Shown one piece after another: positions 12,101-25,638 of a DNA stretch of 64,000 nucleotides; position 1 is the first letter of the stretch; every line of letters starts with the position of its first letter. The stretch is from Auanema rhodensis (lineage: Eukaryota; Animalia; Nematoda), in contig OZ059899.1 of assembly GCA_964057225.1 (NCBI GenBank), forward strand, positions 1,922,001 through 1,986,000. Reading direction: 5' to 3'. The position numbers were made by a program, and so were the translations under genes. The notes beneath the pieces were generated by a model. It saw only the letters and a list, made by a program, of their open reading frames with translations, made no database searches and had not been told where the DNA came from.

Positions 12101-12645
12101 TATCAAGCGTTTCTCGATGTAGTATAGTGCATTCGATGCGGATTTTTAAGCTGCGTCGATCTGTGTTATCAGATTTGCGCTAGCTTAAAAATGCACCGAG
12201 ATATCAACTGATATAAGTTCACACTTATATCCTCGATTTTCACCCTGAAGAATTAATTTTTTCGTTGAATAACATTGTCCATCGTCTTTGCCTCGAAAAA
12301 TGGAATCTAAAAACATCTACTTTTTGCTAAATTATTTTGAAATTTTTCGAAAAAATTTTTGTCAAAATGTTTTTGGAAGCAATGTTGAGTGTACATGGAA
12401 ATTCAACATACACTAATGCATCATTTTTCAAACGATCATAACTAATTTGTGTATTAAGCGTTTCTCAATGTAGTATAGTGCATTCGATGCGGATTTTTAA
12501 GCTGCGTCGATCTGTGTTATCAGATTTGCGCTAGCTTAAAAATGCACCGAGATATCAACTGATATAAGTTCACACTTATATCCTCGATTTTCACCCTGAA
12601 GAATTGATTTTTTCGTTGAATAACATTGTCTATCGTCTTTGCCTT
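9136..12645. repeat. Tandem duplication of a 5-monomer block (lag 1755 bp)
   Basis: 9136-10890 and 10891-12645 share ordered variants CTCAACG, ATTGTG/GAAATA (9794 vs 11549), TTTTTTAG+GATCAG, CCTCG and AAATTC+GTCTA. Confidence 0.88.
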
Positions 12646-13725
12646 GAAAAATGGAATCTAAAAACATCTACTTTCTGCTAAATTATTTTGAAATTTTTCG
12701 AAAACATTTTTGTCAAAATGTTTTTGGAAGCAATGTTGAGTGTACATGGAAACTCAACATACACTAATGCATCATTTTTCAAAAGATCATAACTAATTTT
12801 TGTATCAAGCGTTTCTCAATGTAGTATGGTGCATTCGATGCGGAATTTTAAGCTGCGTCGATCTGTGTTATCAGATTTGCGCTAGCTTAAAAATGCACCG
12901 AGATATCAACTGATATAAGTTCACACTTATATCCTCGATTTTCACCCTGAAGAAATAATTTTTTCGTTGAATAACATTGTCCATCGTCTTTGCCTTGAAA
13001 AAAGGAATCTAAAAACATCTACTTTTTGCTAAATTATTTTGAAATTTTTCGAAAAAATTTTTGTCAAAATGTTTTTGGAAACAATGTTGAGTGTACATGG
13101 AAACTCAACATACACTAATGCATCATTTTTCAAACGATCATAACTAATTTTTGTATTAAGCGTTTCTCAATGTAGTATAGTGCATTCGATGCGGATTTTT
13201 AAGCTGCGTCGATCGGTGTTATCAGATTTGCGCTAGCTTAAAAATGCACCGAGATATCAACTGATATAAGTTCACACTTATATCCTCGATTTTCACCCTG
13301 AAGAATTAATTTTTTCGTTGAATAACATTGTCCATCGTCTTTGCCTTGAAAAATGGAATCTAAAAACATCTACTTTTTGCTAAATTATTTTGAAATTTTT
13401 CGAAAAAATTTTTGTCAAAATGTTTTTGGAAGCAATGTTGAGTGTACATGGAAACTCAACATACACTAATGCATCATTTTTCAAACGATCATAACTAATT
13501 TTTGTATTGTGCGTTTCTCAATGTAGTATAGTGCATTCGATGCGGATTTTTAAGCTGCGTCGATCTGTGTTATCAGATTTGCGCTAGCTTAAAAATGCAC
13601 CGAGATATCAACTGATATAAGTTCACACTTATATCCTCGATTTTCACCCTGAAGAAATAATTTTTTCGTTGAATAACATTGTCCATCGTCTTTGCCTTGA
13701 AAAAAGGAATCTAAAAACATCTACC

Positions 13726-16585
13726 TTTTGCTAAATTATTTTGAAATTTTTCGAAAAAATTTTTGTCAAAATGTTTTTGGAAACAATGTTGAGTGTACAT
13801 GGAAACTCAACATACACTAATGCATCATTTTTCAAACGATCATAACTAATTTTTGTATTAAGCGTTTCTCAATGTAGTATAGTGCATTCGATGCGGATTT
13901 TTTAGCTGCGTCGATCAGTGTTATCAGATTTGCGCTAGCTTAAAAATGCACCGAGATATCAACTGATATAAGTTCACACTTATATCCTCGATTTTCACCC
14001 TGAAGAATTAATTTTTTCGTTGAATAACATTGTCCATCGTCTTTGCCTTGAAAAATGGAATCTAAAAACATCTACTTTTGCTAAATTATTTTGAAATTTT
14101 TCGAAAAAATTTTTGTCAAAATGTTTTTGGAAGCAATGTTGAGTGTACATGGGAACTCAACATACACTAATGCATCATTTTTCAAACGATCATAACTAAT
14201 TTTTGTATTGTGCGTTTCTCAATGTAGTATAGTGCATTCGATGCGGATTTTTAAGCTGCGTCGATCTGTGTTATCAGATTTGCGCTAGCTTAAAAATGCA
14301 CCGAGATATCAACTGATATAAGTTCACACTTATATCCTCGATTTTCACCCTGAAGAAATAATTTTTTCGTTGAATAACATTGTCCATCGTCTTTGCCTTG
14401 AAAAATGAAATCTAAAAACATCTACTTTTGCTAAATTATTTCGAAATTTTTCGAAAAAATTTTTGTCAAAATGTTTTTGGAAGCAATGTTGAGTGTACAT
14501 GGAAACTCAACATACACTAATGCATCATTTTTCAAAAGATCATAACTAATTTTTGTATCAAGCGTTTCTCAATGTAGTATGGTGCATTCGATGCGGAATT
14601 TTAAGCTGCGTCGATCTGTGTTATCAGATTTGCGCTAGCTTAAAAATGCACCGAGATATCAACTGATATAAGTTCACACTTATATCCTCGATTTTCACCC
14701 TGAAGAAATAATTTTTTCGTTGAATAACATTGTCCATCGTCTTTGCCTTGAAAAAAGGAATCTAAAAACATCTACTTTTTGCTAAATTATTTTGAAATTT
14801 TTCGAAAAAATTTTTGTCAAAATGTTTTTGGAAACAATGTTGAGTGTACATGGAAACTCAACATACACTAATGCATCATTTTTCAAACGATCATAACTAA
14901 TTTTTGTATTAAGCGTTTCTCAATGTAGTATAGTGCATTCGATGCGGATTTTTAAGCTGCGTCGATCGGTGTTATCAGATTTGCGCTAGCTTAAAAATGC
15001 ACCGAGATATCAACTGATATAAGTTCACACTTATATCCTCGATTTTCACCCTGAAGAATTAATTTTTTCGTTGAATAACATTGTCCATCGTCTTTGCCTT
15101 GAAAAATGGAATCTAAAAACATCTACTTTTTGCTAAATTATTTTGAAATTTTTCGAAAAAATTTTTGTCAAAATGTTTTTGGAAACAATGTTGAGTGTAC
15201 ATGGAAACTCAACATACACTAATGCATCATTTTTCAAACGATCATAACTAATTTTTGTATTAAGCGTTTCTCAATGTAGTATAGTGCATTCGATGCGGAT
15301 TTTTTAGCTGCGTCGATCAGTGTTATCAGATTTGCGCTAGCTTAAAAATGCACCGAGATATCAACTGATATAAGTTCACACTTATATCCTCGATTTTCAC
15401 CCTGAAGAATTAATTTTTTCGTTGAATAACATTGTCCATCGTCTTTGCCTTGAAAAATGGAATCTAAAAACATCTACTTTTGCTAAATTATTTTGAAATT
15501 TTTCGAAAAAATTTTTGTCAAAATGTTTTTGGAAGCAATGTTGAGTGTACATGGGAACTCAACATACACTAATGCATCATTTTTCAAACGATCATAACTA
15601 ATTTTTGTATTGTGCGTTTCTCAATGTAGTATAGTGCATTCGATGCGGATTTTTAAGCTGCGTCGATCTGTGTTATCAGATTTGCGCTAGCTTAAAAATG
15701 CACCGAGATATCAACTGATATAAGTTCACACTTATATCCTCGATTTTCACCCTGAAGAAATAATTTTTTCGTTGAATAACATTGTCCATCGTCTTTGCCT
15801 TGAAAAATGAAATCTAAAAACATCTACTTTTGCTAAATTATTTCGAAATTTTTCGAAAAAATTTTTGTCAAAATGTTTTTGGAAGCAATGTTGAGTGTAC
15901 ATGGAAACTCAACATACACTAATGCATCATTTTTCAAAAGATCATAACTAATTTTTGTATCAAGCGTTTCTCAATGTAGTATGGTGCATTCGATGCGGAA
16001 TTTTAAGCTGCGTCGATCTGTGTTATCAGATTTGCGCTAGCTTAAAAATGCACCGAGATATCAACTGATATAAGTTCACACTTATATCCTCGATTTTCAC
16101 CCTGAAGAAATAATTTTTTCGTTGAATAACATTGTCCATCGTCTTTGCCTTGAAAAAAGGAATCTAAAAACATCTACTTTTTGCTAAATTATTTTGAAAT
16201 TTTTCGAAAAAATTTTTGTCAAAATGTTTTTGGAAACAATGTTGAGTGTACATGGAAACTCAACATACACTAATGCATCATTTTTCAAACGATCATAACT
16301 AATTTTTGTATTAAGCGTTTCTCAATGTAGTATAGTGCATTCGATGCGGATTTTTAAGCTGCATCGATCGGTGTTATCAGATTTGCGCTAGCTTAAAAAT
16401 GCACCGAGATATCAACTGATATAAGTTCACACTTATATCCTCGATTTTCACCCTGAAGAATTAATTTTTTCGTTGAATAACATTGTCCATCGTCTTTGCC
16501 TTGAAAAATGGAATCTAAAAACATCTACTTTTTGCTAAATTATTTTGAAATTTTTCGAAAAAATTTTTGTCAAAATGTTTTTGGA
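13726..16585. repeat. Tandem duplication of a 4-monomer block (lag 1402 bp)
   Basis: Private GGGAACTC at 14151 and 15553 and TATGGTG at 14581 and 15983. Two 1-T deletions per block give 4x351-2. Boundaries are approximate. Confidence 0.87.
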
Positions 16586-17077
16586 AGCAATGTTGAGTGT
16601 ACATGGAAACTCAACATACACTAATGCATCATTTTTCAAACGATCATAACTAATTTTTGTATTGTGCGTTTCTCAATGTAGTATAGTGCATTCGATGCGG
16701 ATTTTTAAGCTGCGTCGATCTGTGTTATCAGATTTGCGCTAGCTTAAAAATGCACCGAGATATCAACTGATATAAGTTCACACTTATATCCTCGATTTTC
16801 ACCCTGAAGAAATAATTTTTTCGTTGAATAACATTGTCCATCGTCTTTGCCTTGAAAAAAGGAATCTAAAAACATCTACTTTTTGCTAAATTATTTTGAA
16901 ATTTTTCGAAAAAATTTTTGTCAAAATGTTTTTGGAAACAATGTTGAGTGTACATGGAAACTCAACATACACTAATGCATCATTTTTCAAACGATCATAA
17001 CTAATTTTTGTATTAAGCGTTTCTCAATGTAGTATAGTGCATTCGATGCGGATTTTTTAGCTGCGTCGATCAGTGTT

Positions 17078-20000
17078 ATCAGATTTGCGCTAGCTTAAAA
17101 ATGCACCGAGATATCAACTGATATAAGTTCACACTTATATCCTCGATTTTCACCCTGAAGAATTAATTTTTTCGTTGAATAACATTGTCCATCGTCTTTG
17201 CCTTGAAAAATGGAATCTAAAAACATCTACTTTTTGCTAAATTATTTTGAAATTTTTCGAAAAAATTTTTGTCAAAATGTTTTTGGAAGCAATGTTGAGT
17301 GTACATGGAAACTCAACATACACTAATGCATCATTTTTCAAACGATCATAACTAATTTTTGTATCAAGCGTTTCTCGATGTAGTATAGTGCATTCGATAC
17401 GGATTTTTAAGCTGCGTCGATCTGTGTTATCAGATTTGCGCTAGCTTAAAAATGCACCGAGATATCAACTGATATAAGTTCACACTTATATCCTCGATTT
17501 TCACCCTGAAGAATTAATTTTTTCGTTGAATAACATTGTCCATCGTCTTTGCCTTGAAAAATGGAATCTAAAAACATCTTTTTTTTTGCTAAATTATTTT
17601 GAAATTTCTCGAAAAAATTTTTGTCAAAATGTTTTTGGAAGCAATGTTGAGTGTACATGGAAACTCAACATACACTAATGCATCATTTTTCAAACAATCA
17701 TAACTAATTTGTGTATTAAGCGTTTCTCAATGTAGTATAGTGCATTCGATGCGGATTTTTAAGCTGCGTCGATCTGTGTTATCAGATTTGCGCTAGCTTA
17801 AAAATGCACCGAGATATCAACTGATATAAGTTCACACTTATATCCTCGATTTTCACCCTGAAGAATTGATTTTTTCGTTGAATAACATTGTCTATCTTCT
17901 TCACCTTGAAAAATGGAATCTAAAAACATCTACTTTTTGCTAAATTATTTTGAAATTTTTCAAAAAAATTTTTGTCAAAATGTTTTTGGAAGCAATGTTG
18001 AGTGTACATGGAAACTCAACATACACTAATGCATCATTTTTCAAACGATCATAACTAATTTTTGTATCAAGCGTTTCTCGATGTAGTATAGTGCATTCGA
18101 TGCGGATTTTTAAGCTGCGTCGATCTGTGTTATCAGATTTGCGCTAGCTTAAAAATGCACCGAGATATCAACTGATATAAGTTCACACTTATATCCTCGA
18201 TTTTCACCCTGAAGAATTAATTTTTTCGTTGAAAAACATTGTCCATCGTCTTTGCCTTGAAAAATGGAATCTAAAAACATCTTTTTTTTTGCTAAATTAT
18301 TTTGAAATTTCTCGAAAAAATTTTTGTCAAAATGTTTTTGGAAGCAATGTTGAGTGTACATGGAAACTCAACATACACTAATGCATCATTTTTCAAACAA
18401 TCATAACTAATTTGTGTATTAAGCGTTTCTCAATGTTGTGTAGTGCATTCGATGCGGAATTTTAAGCTGCGTCGATCTGTGTTATCAGATTTGCGCTAGC
18501 TTAAAAATGCACCGAGATATCAACTGATATAAGTTCACACTTATATCCTCGATTTTCACCCTGAAGAATTGATTTTTTCGTTGAATAACATTGTCTATCG
18601 TCTTTGCCTTGAAAAATGGAATCTAAAAACATCTACTTTTTGCTAAATTATTTTGAAATTTTTCAAAAAAATTTTTGTCAAAATGTTTTTGGAAGCAATG
18701 TTGAGTGTACATGGAAACTCAACATACACTAATGCATCATTTTTCAAACGATCATAACTAATTTTTGTATCGAGCGTTTCTCGATGTAGTATAGTGCATT
18801 CGATGCGGATTTTTAAGCTGCGTCGATCTGTGTTATCAGATTTGCGCTAGCTTAAAAATGCACCGAGATATCAACTGATATAAGTTCACACTTATATCCT
18901 CGATTTTCACCCTGAAGAATTAATTGTTTCGTTGAATAACATTGTCCATCGTCTTTGCCTTGAAAAATGGAATCTAAAAACATCTACTTTTTGCTAAATT
19001 ATTTTGAAATTTTTCGAAAAAATTTTTGTCAAAATGTTTTTGGAAGCAATGTTGAGTGTACATGGAAACTCAACATACACTAATGCATCATTTTTCAAAC
19101 GATCATAACTAATTTTTGTATCAAGCGTTTCTCGATGTAGTATAGTGCATTCGATACGGATTTTTAAGCTGCGTCGATCTGTGTTATCAGATTTGCGCTA
19201 GCTTAAAAATGCACCGAGATATCAACTGATATAAGTTCACACTTATATCCTCGATTTTCACCCTGAAGAATTAATTTTTTCGTTTAATAACATTGTCCAT
19301 CGTCTTTGCCTTGAAAAATGGAATCTAAAAACATCTTTTTTTTTGCTAAATTATTTTGAAATTTCTCGAAAAAATTTTTGTCAAAATGTTTTTGGAAGCA
19401 ATGTTGAGTGTACATGGAAACTCAACATACACTAATGCATCATTTTTCAAACAATCATAACTATTTTGTGTATTAAACGTTTCTCAATGTAGTATAGTGC
19501 ATTCGATGCGGATTTTTAAGCTGCGTCGATCTGTGTTATCAGATTTGCGCTAGCTTAAAAATGCACCGAGATATCAACTGATATAAGTTCACACTTATAT
19601 CCTCGATTTTCACCTTGAAGAATTGATTTTTTCGTTGAATAACATTGTCTATCGTCTTTGCCTTGAAAAATGGAATCTAAAAACATCTACTTTTTGCTAA
19701 ATTATTTTGAAATTTTTCGAAAAAATTTTTGTCAAAATGTTTTTGGAAGCAATGTTGAGTGTACATGGAAACTCAACATACACTAATGCATCATTTTTCA
19801 AACGATCATAACTAATTTTTGTATCAAGCGTTTCTCGATGTAGTATAGTGCATTCGATGCGGATTTTTAAGCTGCGTCGATCTGTGTTATCAGATTTGCG
19901 CTAGCTTAAAAATGCACCGAGATATCAACAGATATAAGTTCACACTTATATCCTCGATTTTCACCCTGAAGAATTGATTTTTTCGTTGAATAACATTGTC

Positions 20001-23000
20001 TATCGTCTTTGCCTTGAAAAATGGAATCTAAAAACATCTACTTTTTGCTAAATTATTTTGAAATTTTTCGAAAACATTTTTGTCAAAATGTTTTTGGAAG
20101 CAATGTTGAGTGTACATGGAAACTCAACATACACTAATGCATCATTTTTCAAACGATCATAACTAATTTTTGTATCAAGCGTTTCTCGATGTAGTATAGT
20201 GCATTCGATGCGGATTTTTAAGCTGCGTCGATCTGTGTTATCAGATTTGCGCTAGCTTAAAAATGCACCGAGATATCAACAGATATAAGTTCACACTTAT
20301 ATCCTCGATTTTCACCCTGAAGAATTGATTTTTTCGTTGAATAACATTGTCTATCGTCTTTGCCTTGAAAAATGGAATCTAAAAACATCTACTTTTTGCT
20401 AAATTATTTTGAAATTTTTCGAAAACATTTTTGTCAAAATGTTTTTGGAAGCAATGTTGAGTGTACATGGAAACTCAACATACACTAATGCATCATTTTT
20501 CAAACGATCATAACTAATTTTTGTATCAAGCGTTTCTCGATGTAGTATAGTGCATTCGATGCGGATTTTTAAGCTGCGTCGATCTGTGTTATCAGATTTG
20601 CGCTAGCTTAAAAATGCACCGAGATATCAACTGATATAAGTTCACACTTATATCCTCGATTTTCACCCTGAAGAATTAATTTTTTCGTTGAATTACATTG
20701 TCCATCGTCTTTGCCTTGAAAAATGGAATCTAAAAACATCTACTTTTTGCTAAATTATTCTGAAATTTTTCGAAAAAATTTTTTTGTTAAAATGTTTTTG
20801 GAAGCAATGTTGAGTGTACATGGAAACTCAACATACACTAATGCATCATTTTTCAAACAATCATAACTAATTTGTATATTAAGCGTTTCTCAATGTAGTA
20901 TAGTGCATTCGATGCGGATTTTTAAGCTGCGTCGATCTGTGTGATCAGATTTGCGCTAGCTTAAAAATGCACCGAGATATCAACTGATATAAGTTCACAC
21001 TTATATCCTCGATTTTCACCCTGAAGAATTAATTTTTTCGTTGAATAACATTGTCCATCGTCTTTGCCTTGAAAAATGGAATCTAAAAACATCTACTTTT
21101 TGCTAAATTATTTTGAAATTTTTCGAAAAAATTTTTGTCAAAATGTTTTTGGAAGCAATGTTGAGTGTACATGGAAACTCAACATACACTAATGCATCAT
21201 TTTTCAAACGATCATAACTAATTTTTGTATCAAGCGTTTCTCGATGTAGTATAGTGCATTCGATACGGATTTTTAAGCTGCGTCGATCTGTGTTATCAGA
21301 TTTGCGCTAGCTTAAAAATGCACCGAGATATCAACTGATATAAGTTCACACTTATATCCTCGATTTTCACCCTGAAGAATTAATTTTTTCGTTGAATAAC
21401 ATTGTCCATCGTCTTTGCCTTGAAAAATGGAATCTAAAAACATCTTTTTTTTTGCTAAATTATTTTGAAATTTCTCGAAAAAATTTTTGTCAAAATGTTT
21501 TTGGAAGCAATGTTGAGTGTACATGGAAACTCAACATACACTAATGCATCATTTTTCAAACAATCATAACTAATTTGTGTATTAAGCGTTTCTCAATGTA
21601 GTATAGTGCATTCGATGCGGATTTTTAAGCTGCGTCGATCTGTGTTATCAGATTTGCGCTAGCTTAAAAATGCACCGAGATATCAACTGATATAAGTTCA
21701 CACTTATATCCTCGATTTTCACCCTGAAGAATTGATTTTTTCGTTGAATAACATTGTCTATCGTCTTCACCTTGAAAAATGGAATCTAAAAACATCTACT
21801 TTTTGCTAAATTATTTTGAAATTTTTCAAAAAAATTTTTGTCAAAATGTTTTTGGAAGCAATGTTGAGTGTACATGGAAACTCAACATACACTAATGCAT
21901 CATTTTTCAAACGATCATAACTAATTTTTGTATCAAGCGTTTCTCGATGTAGTATAGTGCATTCGATGCGGATTTTTAAGCTGCGTCGATCTGTGTTATC
22001 AGATTTGCGCTAGCTTAAAAATGCACCGAGATATCAACTGATATAAGTTCACACTTATATCCTCGATTTTCACCCTGAAGAATTAATTTTTTCGTTGAAA
22101 AACATTGTCCATCGTCTTTGCCTTGAAAAATGGAATCTAAAAACATCTTTTTTTTTGCTAAATTATTTTGAAATTTCTCGAAAAAATTTTTGTCAAAATG
22201 TTTTTGGAAGCAATGTTGAGTGTACATGGAAACTCAACATACACTAATGCATCATTTTTCAAACAATCATAACTAATTTGTGTATTAAGCGTTTCTCAAT
22301 GTTGTGTAGTGCATTCGATGCGGATTTTTAAGCTGCGTCGATCTGTGTTATCAGATTTGCGCTAGCTTAAAAATGCACCGAGATATCAACTGATATAAGT
22401 TCACACTTATATCCTCGATTTTCACCCTGAAGAATTGATTTTTTCGTTGAATAACATTGTCTATCGTCTTTGCCTTGAAAAATGGAATCTAAAAACATCT
22501 ACTTTTTGCTAAATTATTTTGAAATTTTTCAAAAAAATTTTTGTCAAAATGTTTTTGGAAGCAATGTTGAGTGTACATGGAAACTCAACATACACTAATG
22601 CATCATTTTTCAAACGATCATAACTAATTTTTGTATCGAGCGTTTCTCGATGTAGTATAGTGCATTCGATGCGGATTTTTAAGCTGCGTCGATCTGTGTT
22701 ATCAGATTTGCGCTAGCTTAAAAATGCACCGAGATATCAACTGATATAAGTTCACACTTATATCCTCGATTTTCACCCTGAAGAATTAATTGTTTCGTTG
22801 AATAACATTGTCCATCGTCTTTGCCTTGAAAAATGGAATCTAAAAACATCTACTTTTTGCTAAATTATTTTGAAATTTTTCGAAAAAATTTTTGTCAAAA
22901 TGTTTTTGGAAGCAATGTTGAGTGTACATGGAAACTCAACATACACTAATGCATCATTTTTCAAACGATCATAACTAATTTTTGTATCAAGCGTTTCTCG

Positions 23001-24897
23001 ATGTAGTATAGTGCATTCGATACGGATTTTTAAGCTGCGTCGATCTGTGTTATCAGATTTGCGCTAGCTTAAAAATGCACCGAGATATCAACTGATATAA
23101 GTTCACACTTATATCCTCGATTTTCACCCTGAAGAATTAATTTTTTCGTTTAATAACATTGTCCATCGTCTTTGCCTTGAAAAATGGAATCTAAAAACAT
23201 CTTTTTTTTTGCTAAATTATTTTGAAATTTCTCGAAAAAATTTTTGTCAAAATGTTTTTGGAAGCAATGTTGAGTGTACATGGAAACTCAACATACACTA
23301 ATGCATCATTTTTCAAACAATCATAACTATTTTGTGTATTAAGCGTTTCTCAATGTAGTATAGTGCATTCGATGCGGATTTTTAAGCTGCGTCGATCTGT
23401 GTTATCAGATTTGCGCTAGCTTAAAAATGCACCGAGATATCAACTGATATAAGTTCACACTTATATCCTCGATTTTCACCTTGAAGAATTGATTTTTTCG
23501 TTGAATAACATTGTCTATCGTCTTTGCCTTGAAAAATGGAATCTAAAAACATCTACTTTTTGCTAAATTATTTTGAAATTTTTCGAAAAAATTTTTGTCA
23601 AAATGTTTTTGGAAGCAATGTTGAGTGTACATGGAAACTCAACATACACTAATGCATCATTTTTCAAACGATCATAACTAATTTTTGTATCAAGCGTTTC
23701 TCGATGTAGTATAGTGCATTCGATGCGGATTTTTAAGCTGCGTCGATCTGTGTTATCAGATTTGCGCTAGCTTAAAAATGCACCGAGATATCAACAGATA
23801 TAAGTTCACACTTATATCCTCGATTTTCACCCTGAAGAATTGATTTTTTCGTTGAATAACATTGTCTATCGTCTTTGCCTTGAAAAATGGAATCTAAAAA
23901 CATCTACTTTTTGCTAAATTATTTTGAAATTTTTCGAAAACATTTTTGTCAAAATGTTTTTGGAAGCAATGTTGAGTGTACATGGAAACTCAACATACAC
24001 TAATGCATCATTTTTCAAACGATCATAACTAATTTTTGTATCAAGCGTTTCTCGATGTAGTATAGTGCATTCGATGCGGATTTTTAAGCTGCGTCGATCT
24101 GTGTTATCAGATTTGCGCTAGCTTAAAAATGCACCGAGATATCAACAGATATAAGTTCACACTTATATCCTCGATTTTCACCCTGAAGAATTGATTTTTT
24201 CGTTGAATAACATTGTCTATCGTCTTTGCCTTGAAAAATGGAATCTAAAAACATCTACTTTTTGCTAAATTATTTTGAAATTTTTCGAAAACATTTTTGT
24301 CAAAAATTTTTTTGGAAGCAATGTTGAGTGTACATGGAAACTCAACATACACTAATGCATCATTTTTCAAACGATCATAACTAATTTTTGTATCAAGCGT
24401 TTCTCGATGTAGTATAGTGCATTCGATGCGGATTTTTAAGCTGCGTCGATCTGTGTTATCAGATTTGCGCTAGCTTAAAAATGCACCGAGATATCAACTG
24501 ATATAAGTTCACACTTATATCCTCGATTTTCACCCTGAAGAATTAATTTTTTCGTTGAATTACATTGTCCATCGTCTTTGCCTTGAAAAATGGAATCTAA
24601 AAACATCTACTTTTTGCTAAATTATTCTGAAATTTTTCGAAAAAATTTTTTTGTTAAAATGTTTTTGGAAGCAATGTTGAGTGTACATGGAAACTCAACA
24701 TACACTAATGCATCATTTTTCAAACAATCATAACTAATTTGTATATTAAGCGTTTCTCAATGTAGTATAGTGCATTCGATGCGGATTTTTAAGCTGCGTC
24801 GATCTGTGTGATCAGATTTGCGCTAGCTTAAAAATGCACCGAGATATCAACTGATATAAGTTCACACTTATATCCTCGATTTTCACCCTGAAGAATT
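17078..24897. repeat. Tandem duplication of an 11-monomer block (lag 3866 bp, 3867 after ~24305)
   Basis: ORF pairs 17446/21312 and 18149/22015 are offset by 3866. Shared rare variants include TTCACC, GAAAAAC, GTTGTGTAG, ATCGAG, AATTGTT, CGTTTAAT, AACAGAT (twice) and GTATATT. Confidence 0.93.
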
Positions 24898-25638
24898 GAT
24901 TTTTTCGTTGAATAACATTGTCTATCGTCTTTGCCTTGAAAAATGGAATCTAAAAACATCTACTTTTTGCTAAATTATTTTGAAATTTTTCGAAAAAATT
25001 TTTGTCAAAATGTTTTTGGAAGCAATGTTGAGTGTACATGGAAACTCAACATACACTAATGCATCATTTTTCAAACGATCATAACTAATTTTTGTATCAA
25101 GCGTTTCTCGATGTAGTATAGTGCATTCGATGCGGATTTTTAAGCTGCGTCGATCTGTGTTATCAGATTTGCGCTAGCTTAAAAATGCACCGAGATATCA
25201 ACTGATATAAGTTCACACTTATATCTTCGATTTTCACCCTGAAGAATTAATTTTTTTGTTGAATAACATTGTCCATCGTCTTTGCCTTAAAAAAGGAATC
25301 TAAAAACATCTACTTTTTGCTAAATTATTTTGAAATTTTTCGAAAAAATTTTTGTCAAAATGTTTTTGGAAGCAATGTTGAGTGTACATGGAAACTCAAC
25401 ATACACTAATGCATCATTTTTCAAACAATCATAACTAATTTGTGTATCAAGCGTTTCTCAATGTAGTATAGTGCATTCGATGCGGATTTTTAAGCTGCGT
25501 CGATCTGTGTTATCAGATTTGCGCTAGCTTAAAAATGCACCGAGATATCAACTGATATAAGTTCACACTTATATCCTCGATTTTCACCCTGAAGAATTAA
25601 TTTTTTCGTTGAATAACATTGTCCATCGTCTTTGCCTT

